From: Candidatus Tayloriibacteriota bacterium
Lineage (GTDB): Bacteria > Patescibacteriota > Minisyncoccia > Phycocordibacterales > CAIRYW01
Assembly (NCBI GenBank): GCA_028286725.1
Contig: JAQBQZ010000003.1
Span: 1-52,264 of the forward strand
Direction: 5' to 3'
DNA: 52,264 bases
Positions 17,274 to 27,074 of the stretch are shown here, piece by piece (position 1 is the stretch's first letter; each line of letters opens with the position of its first letter). The position numbers and the translations under genes were made by a program. The notes beneath the pieces were generated by a model. The model was not told where the DNA came from. It made no database searches and saw only the letters and a program-made list of their open reading frames with translations.

Positions 17274-18287
17274 ATGTCATTTTTTACTCGAAAAATAGGG
17301 ATCGATCTTGGGACAGCAAATACGCTCGTGTTCGTACCTGGCCGCGGAATCGTTTTGAACGAACCATCTGTTGTGGCTGTTTCTGAATCAGAGAACAAGA
17401 TTCTTGCAGTAGGACTTGAAGCAAAAGAAATGATTGGTAAGACTCCTGACAATATTATTGCGTACCGTCCAATGAAAGATGGGGTGATCGCTGACTATCG
17501 TGTGACTGAAGCGATGCTTCGGTATTATATTTCAAAAGCGCTCGGCAAATGGAATTTTATTCGTCCAGAAGTGATGATCTCAGTTCCTGCTGGCGTAACT
17601 TCAACAGAAAGACGAGCAGTGATCGAAGCTGCGGTCAAAGCAGGAGCCAAAAATGCATTCGTGGTGAAGGAGCCTATTTTGGCTGCGATTGGTGCAGGTA
17701 TTTCGATTCAAGAACCTTTGGGTCACATGATCGTTGATGTGGGAGGAGGTACGACAGATGTTGCGGTGATCTCGCTTGGAGGGATTGTTGCGTCGACTTC
17801 GGTTAAATGTGCAGGTAACAGAATTGATGCGGGGATCATAGACTATATGAAAAAGCATTATAACCTTATGGTGGGAGATAAGACTGCGGAGGATATCAAA
17901 ATCGGTGTTGGATCAGCTATACCGATGGATGAAGAACTCATAATGTCAGTCAAAGGACGAGATTGTCTTTCTGGACTTCCACGATCTGTTGAGGTTAAAA
18001 CAAATGAGATCGTTCGAGCGATAGGCAAAGAGCTTCGAGAAATGATCCAAGCGATCAAAGATGTGCTTCAAGAAACTCCACCAGAACTCGCATCAGATAT
18101 TATCGATCAGGGTATTACAATGACTGGAGGCTCTTCCCAGCTTCGAAATCTTCCAGAACTAGTATTTAGACGAACGGGAGTAAAGGCGAAGCTTGCTGAG
18201 AATGCGCTTTTTTGTGTAGCGATGGGAACAGGGATTGCACTTGAACACCTTGAAACATATAAGAAAACAGTCATCTCAAAGCGTTAG
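17274..18287 (+). CDS. mreB: Rod shape-determining actin MreB (paralog 1)
   Basis: IGIDLGTANT, RPMKDGVIAD, VDVGGGTTD, TGGSSQL. Confidence 0.95.
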   Translation: MSFFTRKIGIDLGTANTLVFVPGRGIVLNEPSVVAVSESENKILAVGLEAKEMIGKTPDNIIAYRPMKDGVIADYRVTEAMLRYYISKALGKWNFIRPEVMISVPAGVTSTERRAVIEAAVKAGAKNAFVVKEPILAAIGAGISIQEPLGHMIVDVGGGTTDVAVISLGGIVASTSVKCAGNRIDAGIIDYMKKHYNLMVGDKTAEDIKIGVGSAIPMDEELIMSVKGRDCLSGLPRSVEVKTNEIVRAIGKELREMIQAIKDVLQETPPELASDIIDQGITMTGGSSQLRNLPELVFRRTGVKAKLAENALFCVAMGTGIALEHLETYKKTVISKR

Positions 18288-18319
18288 AATTATTTGGTTT
18301 TGTTATTTTGATTTTTTAA

Positions 18320-18982
18320 ATGCTCAAAAATATTTTAAGCACTCATCATGCGATTCTTGTTGAAGGGGAACCTGAGGCAACTCTCGCTATTATTAAAACC
18401 GGACTCACTGAAAATGGACTTCTTGTGGATGGAAATCCTGATATATTTTTTCTTACATATCAAAAATTCGGCATTGAAGATGCGAGAAGCGTGATCGAGA
18501 TGTCTCTCGGTGCTCCAGTTCAGAATGAGAAAAAAATAATCGTCTTTAGTTTTGATTCGATCACTAATGATGCGCAGAATGCATTTCTCAAAATCTTTGA
18601 AGATCCATCTCCATCACTTAAATTTGTATTAAATACTTATACTGCAGAGGGACTTTTGCCAACACTCCGTTCAAGACTTTCAATATACAAAAACGAAAAG
18701 GAATTAGAAGTGACAAATGTTGATAGCTTTATGAAAATGCCAGTCGGAGAAAAACTGAAAGAGGTTGAAAAGATAGTAAAGGATTACAAAGATGGGGGCA
18801 ACAAACAAGTAATCAAACAATTCCTTCTTGGGATACATTATTTTCTTGAAGAGAAGATTAGGAAAAGTGGAAAAGGAAATGATCTCGTCGCTCTCAAAGC
18901 TACTGCAAAAGCACTCGACTATCTCGAGGACAAATCATCATCAGTAAAGATCCTTTTGGAGAGTGTAGTATTGGCTTTGTAA
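18320..18982 (+). CDS. holB: DNA polymerase III delta'-like (short HolB)
   Basis: FGIEDARSVI, KKIIV, AQNAFLKIFEDP, LLPTLRSR. Confidence 0.65.
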   Translation: MLKNILSTHHAILVEGEPEATLAIIKTGLTENGLLVDGNPDIFFLTYQKFGIEDARSVIEMSLGAPVQNEKKIIVFSFDSITNDAQNAFLKIFEDPSPSLKFVLNTYTAEGLLPTLRSRLSIYKNEKELEVTNVDSFMKMPVGEKLKEVEKIVKDYKDGGNKQVIKQFLLGIHYFLEEKIRKSGKGNDLVALKATAKALDYLEDKSSSVKILLESVVLAL

Positions 18983-19034
18983 ACAAGGCTGTTTAAGCTA
19001 TAATTAAGCTCATAATTCATATTAAATTACACAT

Positions 19035-19583
19035 ATGTACAATTTTTCAGATTTCAAACAAAAAATAAAAGACACAGAAGAGTGGCTCGCAAAGGAGTTT
19101 AGTCAGATTCGAACTGGGCGAGCGACACCTGCAATGCTTGATGGTGTATTCGTTGATGTATACGGATCACAAATGCCAGTCAATCAGGTAGCCAATGTTT
19201 CAATCGAAGATCCTCGAACGCTCCGAGTGTTGCCTTGGGATTCTTCAAATATCAAAGCAATCGAAAAGGCGATTCTTATTTCAAACACCGGGCTTTCAGT
19301 TTCTGTTGATGACAAAGGTATCCGAATATCATTCCCGCCACTTACAACAGAATCAAGAGGAAACTTTGTAAAGATTGCCAAGAGTAAGCTTGAAGATGCA
19401 AAGGTAACTCTTCGACAAGAGCGAAACAAAGTGAATGATGATCTCGGTAACAAGAAAAAAGAAAGTGAAATGAGTGAAGATGAAGTCACAAGAGCAAAAG
19501 CAGAGGTGGACAAACTCATTAAAGAAGGGACAGACAAACTCGAAATTCTTACAGTCAAGAAAGAAGAAGAAATAATGAACTAA
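19035..19583 (+). CDS. frr: Ribosome recycling factor
   Basis: IRTGRATPAMLD, VYGSQMPVNQVANV, LTTESR. Confidence 0.97.
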   Translation: MYNFSDFKQKIKDTEEWLAKEFSQIRTGRATPAMLDGVFVDVYGSQMPVNQVANVSIEDPRTLRVLPWDSSNIKAIEKAILISNTGLSVSVDDKGIRISFPPLTTESRGNFVKIAKSKLEDAKVTLRQERNKVNDDLGNKKKESEMSEDEVTRAKAEVDKLIKEGTDKLEILTVKKEEEIMN

Positions 19584-19586
19584 CAT

Positions 19587-20675
19587 ATGTCGTTCATCAC
19601 TCTCATTCTCGTAATCTCAATATTGGTGTTCGTCCACGAGCTCGGGCATTTTTTGGTTGCCAAGAAATCAGGAGTACGAGTTGATGAGTTTGCCATTGGA
19701 TTTCCGCCTCGAATTTATGGGAAGAAGTTTGGAGAGACTACTTATGCAATCAATCTCATTCCATTTGGAGGATATGTAAAGATTTTTGGAGAGAATCCGG
19801 ATGAGGATTCAATGAATGGTCCCGACAAGAAAAGGAGTTTTATCAACAAACCGCGACATATTCAGGCAGCGATTCTCGTAGCTGGAATTGTCATGAATAT
19901 TGTTTTTGCGTGGATTCTTCTCTCAATGAGTTTTATGATCGGTGCACCACAGGCATCGAATGTCTCATCTGGCAATTATGTTTTTGTTACGGATGTGATC
20001 AAAGACTCTCCTGCAGAAGCAGTCGGGCTCAAATCTGGAGACTTGATTACTGATATTACATCTTCACAAAAAACAGCAGCAACCACTACAAACGCGAAAA
20101 TCAGTGCAGAAAAAATAAAAGAAGTAGTCACAGAATCAAAAGGACTGCCTGTCGTACTCACATATATCCGAGGAGCTGACAAGGCAACAACAAGCGTTAT
20201 GGCAAAAGCGACTCCGAACGGAGGTTATGTAATAGGTGTACAGATGGCAGATATAGAAAATATGAAGCTCGGTTTTTTTGAGGCATTACTTGAAGGTGCG
20301 AAGGCTACATATCATATGTTTAACGCAACGATGGTAGGCACTCTTAAATTCTTTGGAAATGCATTCGTGCTCCATGCGAATCTTCAAGATGTTTCAGGAC
20401 CAATAGGAATCGCAGGATATTTGAATCAAGCAAGAGAATTTGGTGCATCAACACTCTTTTCATTTATTGCCGTTATTTCTTTAAATCTCGCGGTGATTAA
20501 CCTTTTGCCATTCCCAGCCCTCGATGGAGGACGATTACTCTTTGTTGCAATAGAGGCAATCATTAGACGACCTATTAAGCCTGCGGTAGCAAATACATTA
20601 AACCTTATTGGATTTGGACTCCTCATGCTCCTTATGCTTACAGTGACGGTGTCTGATATTTCAAAACTTTTCTAA
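19587..20675 (+). CDS. rseP: RIP metalloprotease RseP (M50, PDZ)
   Basis: HELGH, PDZ (SPAEAVGLKSGD), NLLPFPALDGG. Confidence 0.95.
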   Translation: MSFITLILVISILVFVHELGHFLVAKKSGVRVDEFAIGFPPRIYGKKFGETTYAINLIPFGGYVKIFGENPDEDSMNGPDKKRSFINKPRHIQAAILVAGIVMNIVFAWILLSMSFMIGAPQASNVSSGNYVFVTDVIKDSPAEAVGLKSGDLITDITSSQKTAATTTNAKISAEKIKEVVTESKGLPVVLTYIRGADKATTSVMAKATPNGGYVIGVQMADIENMKLGFFEALLEGAKATYHMFNATMVGTLKFFGNAFVLHANLQDVSGPIGIAGYLNQAREFGASTLFSFIAVISLNLAVINLLPFPALDGGRLLFVAIEAIIRRPIKPAVANTLNLIGFGLLMLLMLTVTVSDISKLF

Positions 20676-20763
20676 TTATAATAATTAAATGAACCACACT
20701 CTTTGGGTGCGGTTCATTTTTGTTTTTTAAATATAGGACCTCGAATCAAAATTCATAAAGTGT

Positions 20764-20833
20764 CCTATAGTCCAACTTCGACTCGGACGCTGTGTACGAG
20801 AGTACTCGTCCACGCGCTCCTCGCTTGTTGGAA
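20764..20833 (+). repeat. 70-bp palindromic dispersed element, copy 2
   Basis: CCTATAGTCCAAC...GTTGGAA; 65/70 identical to reverse complement of 597-666. Confidence 0.85.
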
Positions 20834-20850
20834 TAAAAAATCCGCTATGG

Positions 20851-21090
20851 TTAAGCGGAGAACTTCCTGTTTGATGGTTTCGAGCATTGTTTCCTCAACC
20901 ACCATTCAATGATGAAGTGTATTGGCGTCATTAAGACAAAGATGGTGAAGCAAATGAAGGATTGATACCATTTAAGTTTGTAAAAAGATTCTTCTTTGTG
21001 GCACCTCTTCCTGTTCTTGTTGGCGCAAATACAATAATAAAAGAGCCCTGAGGCGATCCACAAAAGGATCAGGTATAAGGTTATTTCCAT
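20851..21090 (-). CDS. Small two-TM membrane protein
   Basis: 79 aa, two hydrophobic helices, Cys-rich. Confidence 0.55.
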   Translation of the reverse strand: MEITLYLILLWIASGLFYYCICANKNRKRCHKEESFYKLKWYQSFICFTIFVLMTPIHFIIEWWLRKQCSKPSNRKFSA

Positions 21091-21232
21091 AATAGGTAGG
21101 GGGGGGGTGTTTTCTGATTTAACTTTACAACTTTTTCTTATTTTGTAAATAACTTTAGTGCTAGATAAAAAAAAGACCCCGCTCGTTATGTGCGACGGGA
21201 CCGATGCCTTGTTTGTATAAGATAGGGAACTT

Positions 21233-21484
21233 TTATTCTTTGAATGCTTCTGGCCAACAAGTGGCTATGATTTTATCGGCAAGTGTCGGGTATTGTTCAG
21301 TGCCAATAATCACTTTTGGTCCACCTTCTGAAGAAAGTGACACTTCCATCAAGAGTTCGTTCATGTTGCCTATGAGCCATGAACGGAGACCTTCTTTGTT
21401 GGTCGCGAAGCATACGAAAAGTCTAGCTCGTTTTTCATGATCAAATCGCATGAGGATTTGATCAATAAAGGGTGAGAGATTCAT
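21233..21484 (-). CDS. Hypothetical protein
   Basis: Start placed at MNLSPF because TTGATA-N17-CATAAT (21535-21507) overlaps the longer ORF-track start. Confidence 0.55.
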   Translation of the reverse strand: MNLSPFIDQILMRFDHEKRARLFVCFATNKEGLRSWLIGNMNELLMEVSLSSEGGPKVIIGTEQYPTLADKIIATCWPEAFKE

Positions 21485-21582
21485 GAGTAAGGACAGATTA
21501 AGTGTTATTATGTCACAGTTTATTGCTTTTATCAAAAGATACTGATTTTAGTAAACATCTTAAAATGTGATAGAATACTCGA

Positions 21583-22836
21583 ATGAAACAATCACAACTT
21601 TTCACTAAAACACGTTCGGAAGCACCAAAAGATGAAGTCTCAAAAAATTCAGAACTCCTTATTCGTGCAGGATTCATTCATAAAGAAATGGCGGGAGTAT
21701 ATGTATTTCTACCTTTAGGTCTCAGAGTTTTGGAAAATGTCAAAAAAATTGTTCGAGACGAAATGAATAAGATTGGCGGACAAGAAATGATGATGACAAC
21801 ACTTCAGCCAAAAGAAATCTGGGAAAAAACAAACCGTTGGGATGATGCTGTGGTAGATAACTGGTTTAAAACAAAACTTAAAAATGGAACAGAGCTCGGT
21901 GTCGGACTCACACATGAAGAACCGTTCGTTGATGCGCTCGGTGAATACATTCAATCATACAAAGATCTTCCAATACTTGCATATCAGATCCAAAATAAAT
22001 TTAGAAATGAGCTTCGTGCAAAAAGTGGTCTTCTTCGAGGGAGAGAATTTGTGATGAAAGATATGTATTCTTTTGCAAGAACTGAAGAAGAGCATAATAT
22101 GCTTTATGAAAAAGTGGCAGATGCATACTATAGGGTTTATGATCGATTAGGTGTCGGACAGATAACTCGTCGAACATTCGCTGATGGTGGAATCTTTACA
22201 AAAAAGTTTAGCGATGAATTCCAAACTTTCTCAGATATTGGCGAGGATACAATATATGTAAATGAAGAGAAAAAGGTGGCGATAAATAAAGAGATATTTA
22301 CAGACGAAACTCTAGAGAAGCTTAATATAAAAAAAGATGATTTGGTAGAGAAAAAGGGGATCGAGGTTGGTAATATTTTTCCGCTCGAAACTAAATATAC
22401 TGAAGCGTTGGGAGTACGATATAAAGATGAGAAAGGAGAAATGCAGCCAATTATTATGGGTTGTTATGGGATCGGTATCTCGAGACTTGTGGGTGTGTTA
22501 GTTGAAATCTTTGGAACCGAAAAAGGAATAGTTTGGCCTGAGTCTGTCTCGCCATTTAAAGTACATCTTGTAGAACTTTCTCAAGGAGATGAAGTATTGA
22601 AGAAAAAAGCAACCGATCTCTATGAAGAATTAATTTCAAAAGGTATCGAAGTATTATTTGATGATCGAGATGCTCGGGCAGGAGAAAAATTCGCAGATGC
22701 AGATCTCATCGGTATTCCGCATCGGATCGTCATAAGTAAAAAAACAGAAGAAAAAGGAGTTCTTGAATATTCAAACAGAATTACGACAGAAACTACAGGC
22801 AAGACTAAAGAAGAAATAATCGAAATATTAAAATAA
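21583..22836 (+). CDS. proS: Prolyl-tRNA synthetase (short, no editing insertion)
   Basis: LLIRAGFI...GVY.FLPLG, KFRNELRAKSGLLRGREF.MKD.YSF, MGCYGIGISR, anticodon domain GEKFADADLIGIP. Confidence 0.92.
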   Translation: MKQSQLFTKTRSEAPKDEVSKNSELLIRAGFIHKEMAGVYVFLPLGLRVLENVKKIVRDEMNKIGGQEMMMTTLQPKEIWEKTNRWDDAVVDNWFKTKLKNGTELGVGLTHEEPFVDALGEYIQSYKDLPILAYQIQNKFRNELRAKSGLLRGREFVMKDMYSFARTEEEHNMLYEKVADAYYRVYDRLGVGQITRRTFADGGIFTKKFSDEFQTFSDIGEDTIYVNEEKKVAINKEIFTDETLEKLNIKKDDLVEKKGIEVGNIFPLETKYTEALGVRYKDEKGEMQPIIMGCYGIGISRLVGVLVEIFGTEKGIVWPESVSPFKVHLVELSQGDEVLKKKATDLYEELISKGIEVLFDDRDARAGEKFADADLIGIPHRIVISKKTEEKGVLEYSNRITTETTGKTKEEIIEILK

Positions 22837-22853
22837 AACAAGCAAACAAAATA

Positions 22854-23921
22854 ATGGCATTCAAATTTCTACAAAAATTCTACGCAATGTTCTCAAATGA
22901 TATCGGGATCGACCTCGGTACTGCAAACACTCTTGTGTATGTGGAAGGTAAAGGTATTGTCGTGCGTGAGCCATCAGTTGTAGCGCTCAATCAAAAGACG
23001 GGGCAGGTAGTAGCGGTAGGAAGCCAAGCTAAAGACATGCTCGGCAAGACTCCTGGCCATATTATCGCTATTCGGCCAATTGTTGATGGTGTGATTTCGG
23101 ACTTTGAAGTAACTGAAGAAATGATGTCATATCTCATCAATCGAGCAGAAGGCGACAACAAAAAAATGCTCGGTCCTCGAGTGGTTGTAGGTGTGCCATC
23201 AGGCATTACAAACGTTGAGAGACGAGCCGTACGAGATGCAACAGTGAATGCTGGTGCGCGAGAAGTTCATATTGTTGAAGAGCCAATGGCTGCAGCAATC
23301 GGTATTGGAGTACCAATCAATGATCCGGTAGGAAATATGATTGTGGACATTGGCGGTGGCACAACGGATATTGCGATTATTTCTTTGGGTGGAATTGTTC
23401 ATTCTCGAAATATCAAGATCGCAGGAGATAAGCTCAATAATGACATTACACAGTTTCTAAAAAATGAGCTCAAGATTCTTATTGGAGAAAAAACTGCGGA
23501 AGATATCAAAATAAATATTGGAAGCGTACTTGATACAGATTCTGGTGGAGAGATGGCGGTTCGAGGACGAGATCTTATCACGGGACTTCCTCGAGAAGTG
23601 GTGATTACTGAATCAGATGTGCGAGATGCGATCGCAGGATCTATCAATACACTCATCGAATCGATCAAAGAAGTGATCGAGATTACTCCGCCTGAAGTTG
23701 TGTCTGATATTATGCATCGTGGACTTCACTTGGCAGGAGGCGGAGCGCTCATTCGAGGAATGAAAGAGCTTCTTGAAAGTGTGCTCAAGATCCCTGTTCA
23801 CGTTGCTGAAGATCCGCTCACAGCAGTTGTGCGAGGAACAGGAATAATCCTAAATGATATTGATGCGTATCAGGATGCGCTAATTAAAAACGAAGATGAG
23901 TTACCTTTTACACGCAACTAA
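22854..23921 (+). CDS. mreB: Rod shape-determining actin MreB (paralog 2, in mre operon)
   Basis: DIGIDLGTANT, VDIGGGTTD, AGGGALIRG. Confidence 0.96.
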   Translation: MAFKFLQKFYAMFSNDIGIDLGTANTLVYVEGKGIVVREPSVVALNQKTGQVVAVGSQAKDMLGKTPGHIIAIRPIVDGVISDFEVTEEMMSYLINRAEGDNKKMLGPRVVVGVPSGITNVERRAVRDATVNAGAREVHIVEEPMAAAIGIGVPINDPVGNMIVDIGGGTTDIAIISLGGIVHSRNIKIAGDKLNNDITQFLKNELKILIGEKTAEDIKINIGSVLDTDSGGEMAVRGRDLITGLPREVVITESDVRDAIAGSINTLIESIKEVIEITPPEVVSDIMHRGLHLAGGGALIRGMKELLESVLKIPVHVAEDPLTAVVRGTGIILNDIDAYQDALIKNEDELPFTRN

Positions 23922-24684
23922 AAAAAGAAATAGGCATCCATTTAGAAAACTTTTAATAGTTTTGGTGTGTTGTCTCATCTTAGGTTTTTTTGCTCGAGAA
24001 TTTATTAGTCAGACGGCGCTTGCAACAGGACTTTGGTTTAAAAGTGTTTTGAATGTTGTGGTGCCGAGCGGGCTTCGTACAGATGCTGAATTACTTTCTG
24101 AAAATGAGCGACTTCAAGGTGAAGTGGTCCGACTGACAGCAGAGAACGCTGACAGAGGCGTGCTTGATGTTGAAAACCAGAATCTAAAATTCGAACTTGG
24201 TCGCAAAGAGAATGCATCAACAACTAAATCAGCAGCAAAAAAGGGAATTCTTGCGATTGTTAGATCAAAGCCTGCTGAAACACCATTCGATACTTTTATG
24301 CTTGATGCGGGAATGGATTCGGGAGTTGTGATTGGAGACAATGTTTATTATGGCAATCTAGTCATAGGAACGATTGTTGATGTTGGAGCGGCTTTTTCTA
24401 AAGCAGAACTTTTTTCTTCTCCGGGCAAAGAATTCGCAGGAACTGTAACAGCTGCAAAATTAAAAATAGATGTGAAAGGGCTTGGTGGAGGACTCTTTGA
24501 GTCGCTTGTACCAGAAGGAGCACAAATCAAGATCGGAGATGCAATCGTTTTACCATCGATCAAAAGCAAAGTCTTCGCTGTCGTATCTCAAATAGAAGAC
24601 AAGCAAGCTGAAGGATTCAAGAGGCTCCTCTTTACACTTCCAGTCAATCCAAATCAGTTGAGTGAAGTAACTATTTCAAAATAA
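23896..24684 (+). CDS. mreC: Rod shape-determining protein MreC
   Basis: TM, coiled coil (LLSENERLQGE), LDAG.DSGV..G, PSIKS; directly after mreB. Confidence 0.85.
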   Translation: MSYLLHATKKRNRHPFRKLLIVLVCCLILGFFAREFISQTALATGLWFKSVLNVVVPSGLRTDAELLSENERLQGEVVRLTAENADRGVLDVENQNLKFELGRKENASTTKSAAKKGILAIVRSKPAETPFDTFMLDAGMDSGVVIGDNVYYGNLVIGTIVDVGAAFSKAELFSSPGKEFAGTVTAAKLKIDVKGLGGGLFESLVPEGAQIKIGDAIVLPSIKSKVFAVVSQIEDKQAEGFKRLLFTLPVNPNQLSEVTISK

Positions 24685-24685
24685 A

Positions 24686-24931
24686 ATGCAGAGAATTCTT
24701 GCCAATCTTCTAGTGCTTCTCAGTCTCTTTCTTCTGCCGTTTTGGTGCGCGGTTATTGTTGCAATCACTGTCTCTTTGTTTTTTGATTTTGTTGAGATTG
24801 TGTTTTATGGATTCTTATCAGATCTGTGGTATGGGGTTCCTGGGACATTTGTTGAAACCAATCTATTCACTCTCTCCGCAGTCGCTTTATATGGTATTAT
24901 TCTCCTCATTAAGCCATATATTAAACTTTAA
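24686..24931 (+). CDS. Small membrane protein at the mreD position (MreD-like)
   Basis: 81 aa, hydrophobic, GFLSDLWYG; between mreC and mrdA. Confidence 0.55.
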   Translation: MQRILANLLVLLSLFLLPFWCAVIVAITVSLFFDFVEIVFYGFLSDLWYGVPGTFVETNLFTLSAVALYGIILLIKPYIKL

Positions 24932-24964
24932 GACCTTTATTATTCGCTAGTACAGATTTTATAG

Positions 24965-26659
24965 ATGTTCCATCGGTTATTTCGCAAACTCAAAAAAAGA
25001 CAAAGTGGCAGCAAGAAATCAGTAAACCCTGATGAAATTTTTCTTGATTCATCAAACCTTCCGTCGTTTAACCGCGATCAATTTGAAGGACGTATCGAAA
25101 CACCGATCTCAAAGTTTTCTTTAGGAAGCCTCAAATATATTTTTATATTAATTGCGATCTTTTTTATTTATCGAGCTTTGAATCTCCAGATTATTAATAG
25201 TGACTTTTATGTAGCGCGTGCAACAAATAACAATCTCCAAAAAGAAGTGATCTTTGCGCACCGTGGAATTGTGGCAGATAGAAATGACAAAAACATTGCA
25301 TGGAATGAGGAAAAGGATGGTGATGAATTCGACAAGCGGGCATATCTCACGGGAAGCGGACTCTCTCATCTTTTGGGATATGTAAAATATCCAGGCCAGG
25401 ATTCAAAGGGACATTTTTATAGTTTCAGTATTTTGGGACAAGACGGAATTGAGAAATATTTCGATGATAAGCTTGCGGGAGTTAATGGTGCAAAGCTGAC
25501 CGAAGTGAGTGTGAAAGGAGCAGTAGAAAGTCAGAGCACACTTGAGCCGCCGCAAAACGGTGAAAAGATAAATCTCTCAATCGATGCAGATGTAAACGCA
25601 GAACTCTACAAACAGATTGCTTCTGCGGTGGAAAAGTCAGGATTTTCTGGGGGTGCTGGCATCATTATGGATGCTCACACCGGAGAGGTGTTGGCGACTG
25701 CGTCATACCCAGACTACGATAGTAATGTGATGACAGATGGAAGCGATAAGGCAAAAATAAATGAATACCTAAATAGTAAAAAGCAACCATTCCTTGATCG
25801 AGTAGTGTCGGGACTCTATGCTCCAGGATCTATTGTGAAGCCATTTATTGCGCTTGGAATATTGCAGGAAAATATTATTGATCCATTGAAGCAGATTCTT
25901 ACTCACGGATTTATTTCTCTTCCAAACCCTTATGATCCAGAACATCCTTCTGTCTTTAAGGACTGGAAAAATCAAGGATCAGTAGATCTTCGAAAGGCGA
26001 TTGCGGTATCGTCAGACGTTTATTTTTATATTACCGGAGGAGGTTATGAGGGGCAGAAAGGTCTTGGAATTACAAAGATGGATGAATATATTTCTAAATT
26101 TCTTTTTGGTGTTGCAACCAATGATTTCTTCGGGGCATCGGCGGGAACAATACCAACTCCGCAGTGGAAAAAAGATACTTTTAAGGGAGAAGATTGGAGA
26201 GTGGGAGATACTTATCATACAACGATCGGTCAGTATGGCTGGCAGGTAACGCCGCTTCAGGTGGTGCGCGCAATGTCAGGAATTGCAACAGAAGGAACTA
26301 TTGTTGAACCCACAATAATCAAGGATGAACAAGGAAAGACAACTCCTATTACAGGTATTGATGCCAAAAATTATAAAATAGTAAAAGAGGGAATGCGGAT
26401 GGCTGTGACAGAACAAACTGCGATCGCACTCAATATTCCAGGTATTCAAATAGCGGCAAAGACGGGAACAGCTGAGCTCGGAACCGCAAAAGCAAAAGTA
26501 AACTCATGGGTAGAAGGATTCTTCCCGTATGATAATCCAAAATATGTATTCGCTCTCGTGCTTGAAAATGGACCGACGACATACAAGGTGAGCGCAATGC
26601 GTGCGATGTCAGATACGCTAAGTGCGGTGAGGGATAATCAGCCGGAGTACGTGAAGTAA
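24965..26659 (+). CDS. mrdA: Penicillin-binding protein 2
   Basis: AHRGIVADRN, YAPGSIVKP (SxxK), SSDVYFY, KTGTAE. Confidence 0.92.
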   Translation: MFHRLFRKLKKRQSGSKKSVNPDEIFLDSSNLPSFNRDQFEGRIETPISKFSLGSLKYIFILIAIFFIYRALNLQIINSDFYVARATNNNLQKEVIFAHRGIVADRNDKNIAWNEEKDGDEFDKRAYLTGSGLSHLLGYVKYPGQDSKGHFYSFSILGQDGIEKYFDDKLAGVNGAKLTEVSVKGAVESQSTLEPPQNGEKINLSIDADVNAELYKQIASAVEKSGFSGGAGIIMDAHTGEVLATASYPDYDSNVMTDGSDKAKINEYLNSKKQPFLDRVVSGLYAPGSIVKPFIALGILQENIIDPLKQILTHGFISLPNPYDPEHPSVFKDWKNQGSVDLRKAIAVSSDVYFYITGGGYEGQKGLGITKMDEYISKFLFGVATNDFFGASAGTIPTPQWKKDTFKGEDWRVGDTYHTTIGQYGWQVTPLQVVRAMSGIATEGTIVEPTIIKDEQGKTTPITGIDAKNYKIVKEGMRMAVTEQTAIALNIPGIQIAAKTGTAELGTAKAKVNSWVEGFFPYDNPKYVFALVLENGPTTYKVSAMRAMSDTLSAVRDNQPEYVK

Positions 26660-26738
26660 AAGTATTAGGTATTTTGATTTGTTGACAATCTTGGTTCCGA
26701 GAGTAGTATTTGAATCTGCCAAAGGGCACACTACCATT

Positions 26739-26945
26739 ATGAAACATGCCTTGCTCCTGTTGTTGTCGTTTGCGAGTCTGCTCGTGAGCTGCGAAACCCC
26801 GAAAAATGAATTCATTGGCTCTCATGCTGGCCTTCAAGGTCCGAGCAGGTGGGACTTGATTAGGGCGGGATTCGTACCTCTCGGTCACCCGCAACACGGA
26901 CAAATCACGAATGAGTGGGCGGTTAAGACCGAGAACGGTCTCTAA
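26739..26945 (+). CDS. Small predicted lipoprotein, 68 aa
   Basis: MKHALLLLLSFASLLVS|C lipobox-like; TTGACA promoter at 26683 and hairpin terminator. Confidence 0.65.
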   Translation: MKHALLLLLSFASLLVSCETPKNEFIGSHAGLQGPSRWDLIRAGFVPLGHPQHGQITNEWAVKTENGL

Positions 26946-27074
26946 TCGTCACAACCGTGACACGCGGACCTCAAGCTTTTGTGGCTGGGGTCCGTTTCAT
27001 TTTCTTTACTTCCACAGCTAAAAATGCTAAAATTGCTACGCATTTTAAACATTGTCAATAACATACAAAACCTT

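Noticed and set aside
17228-17452. 75-aa N-terminal extension of MurA
   Set aside because: Overlaps mreB antisense; MurA homology begins after MQKK
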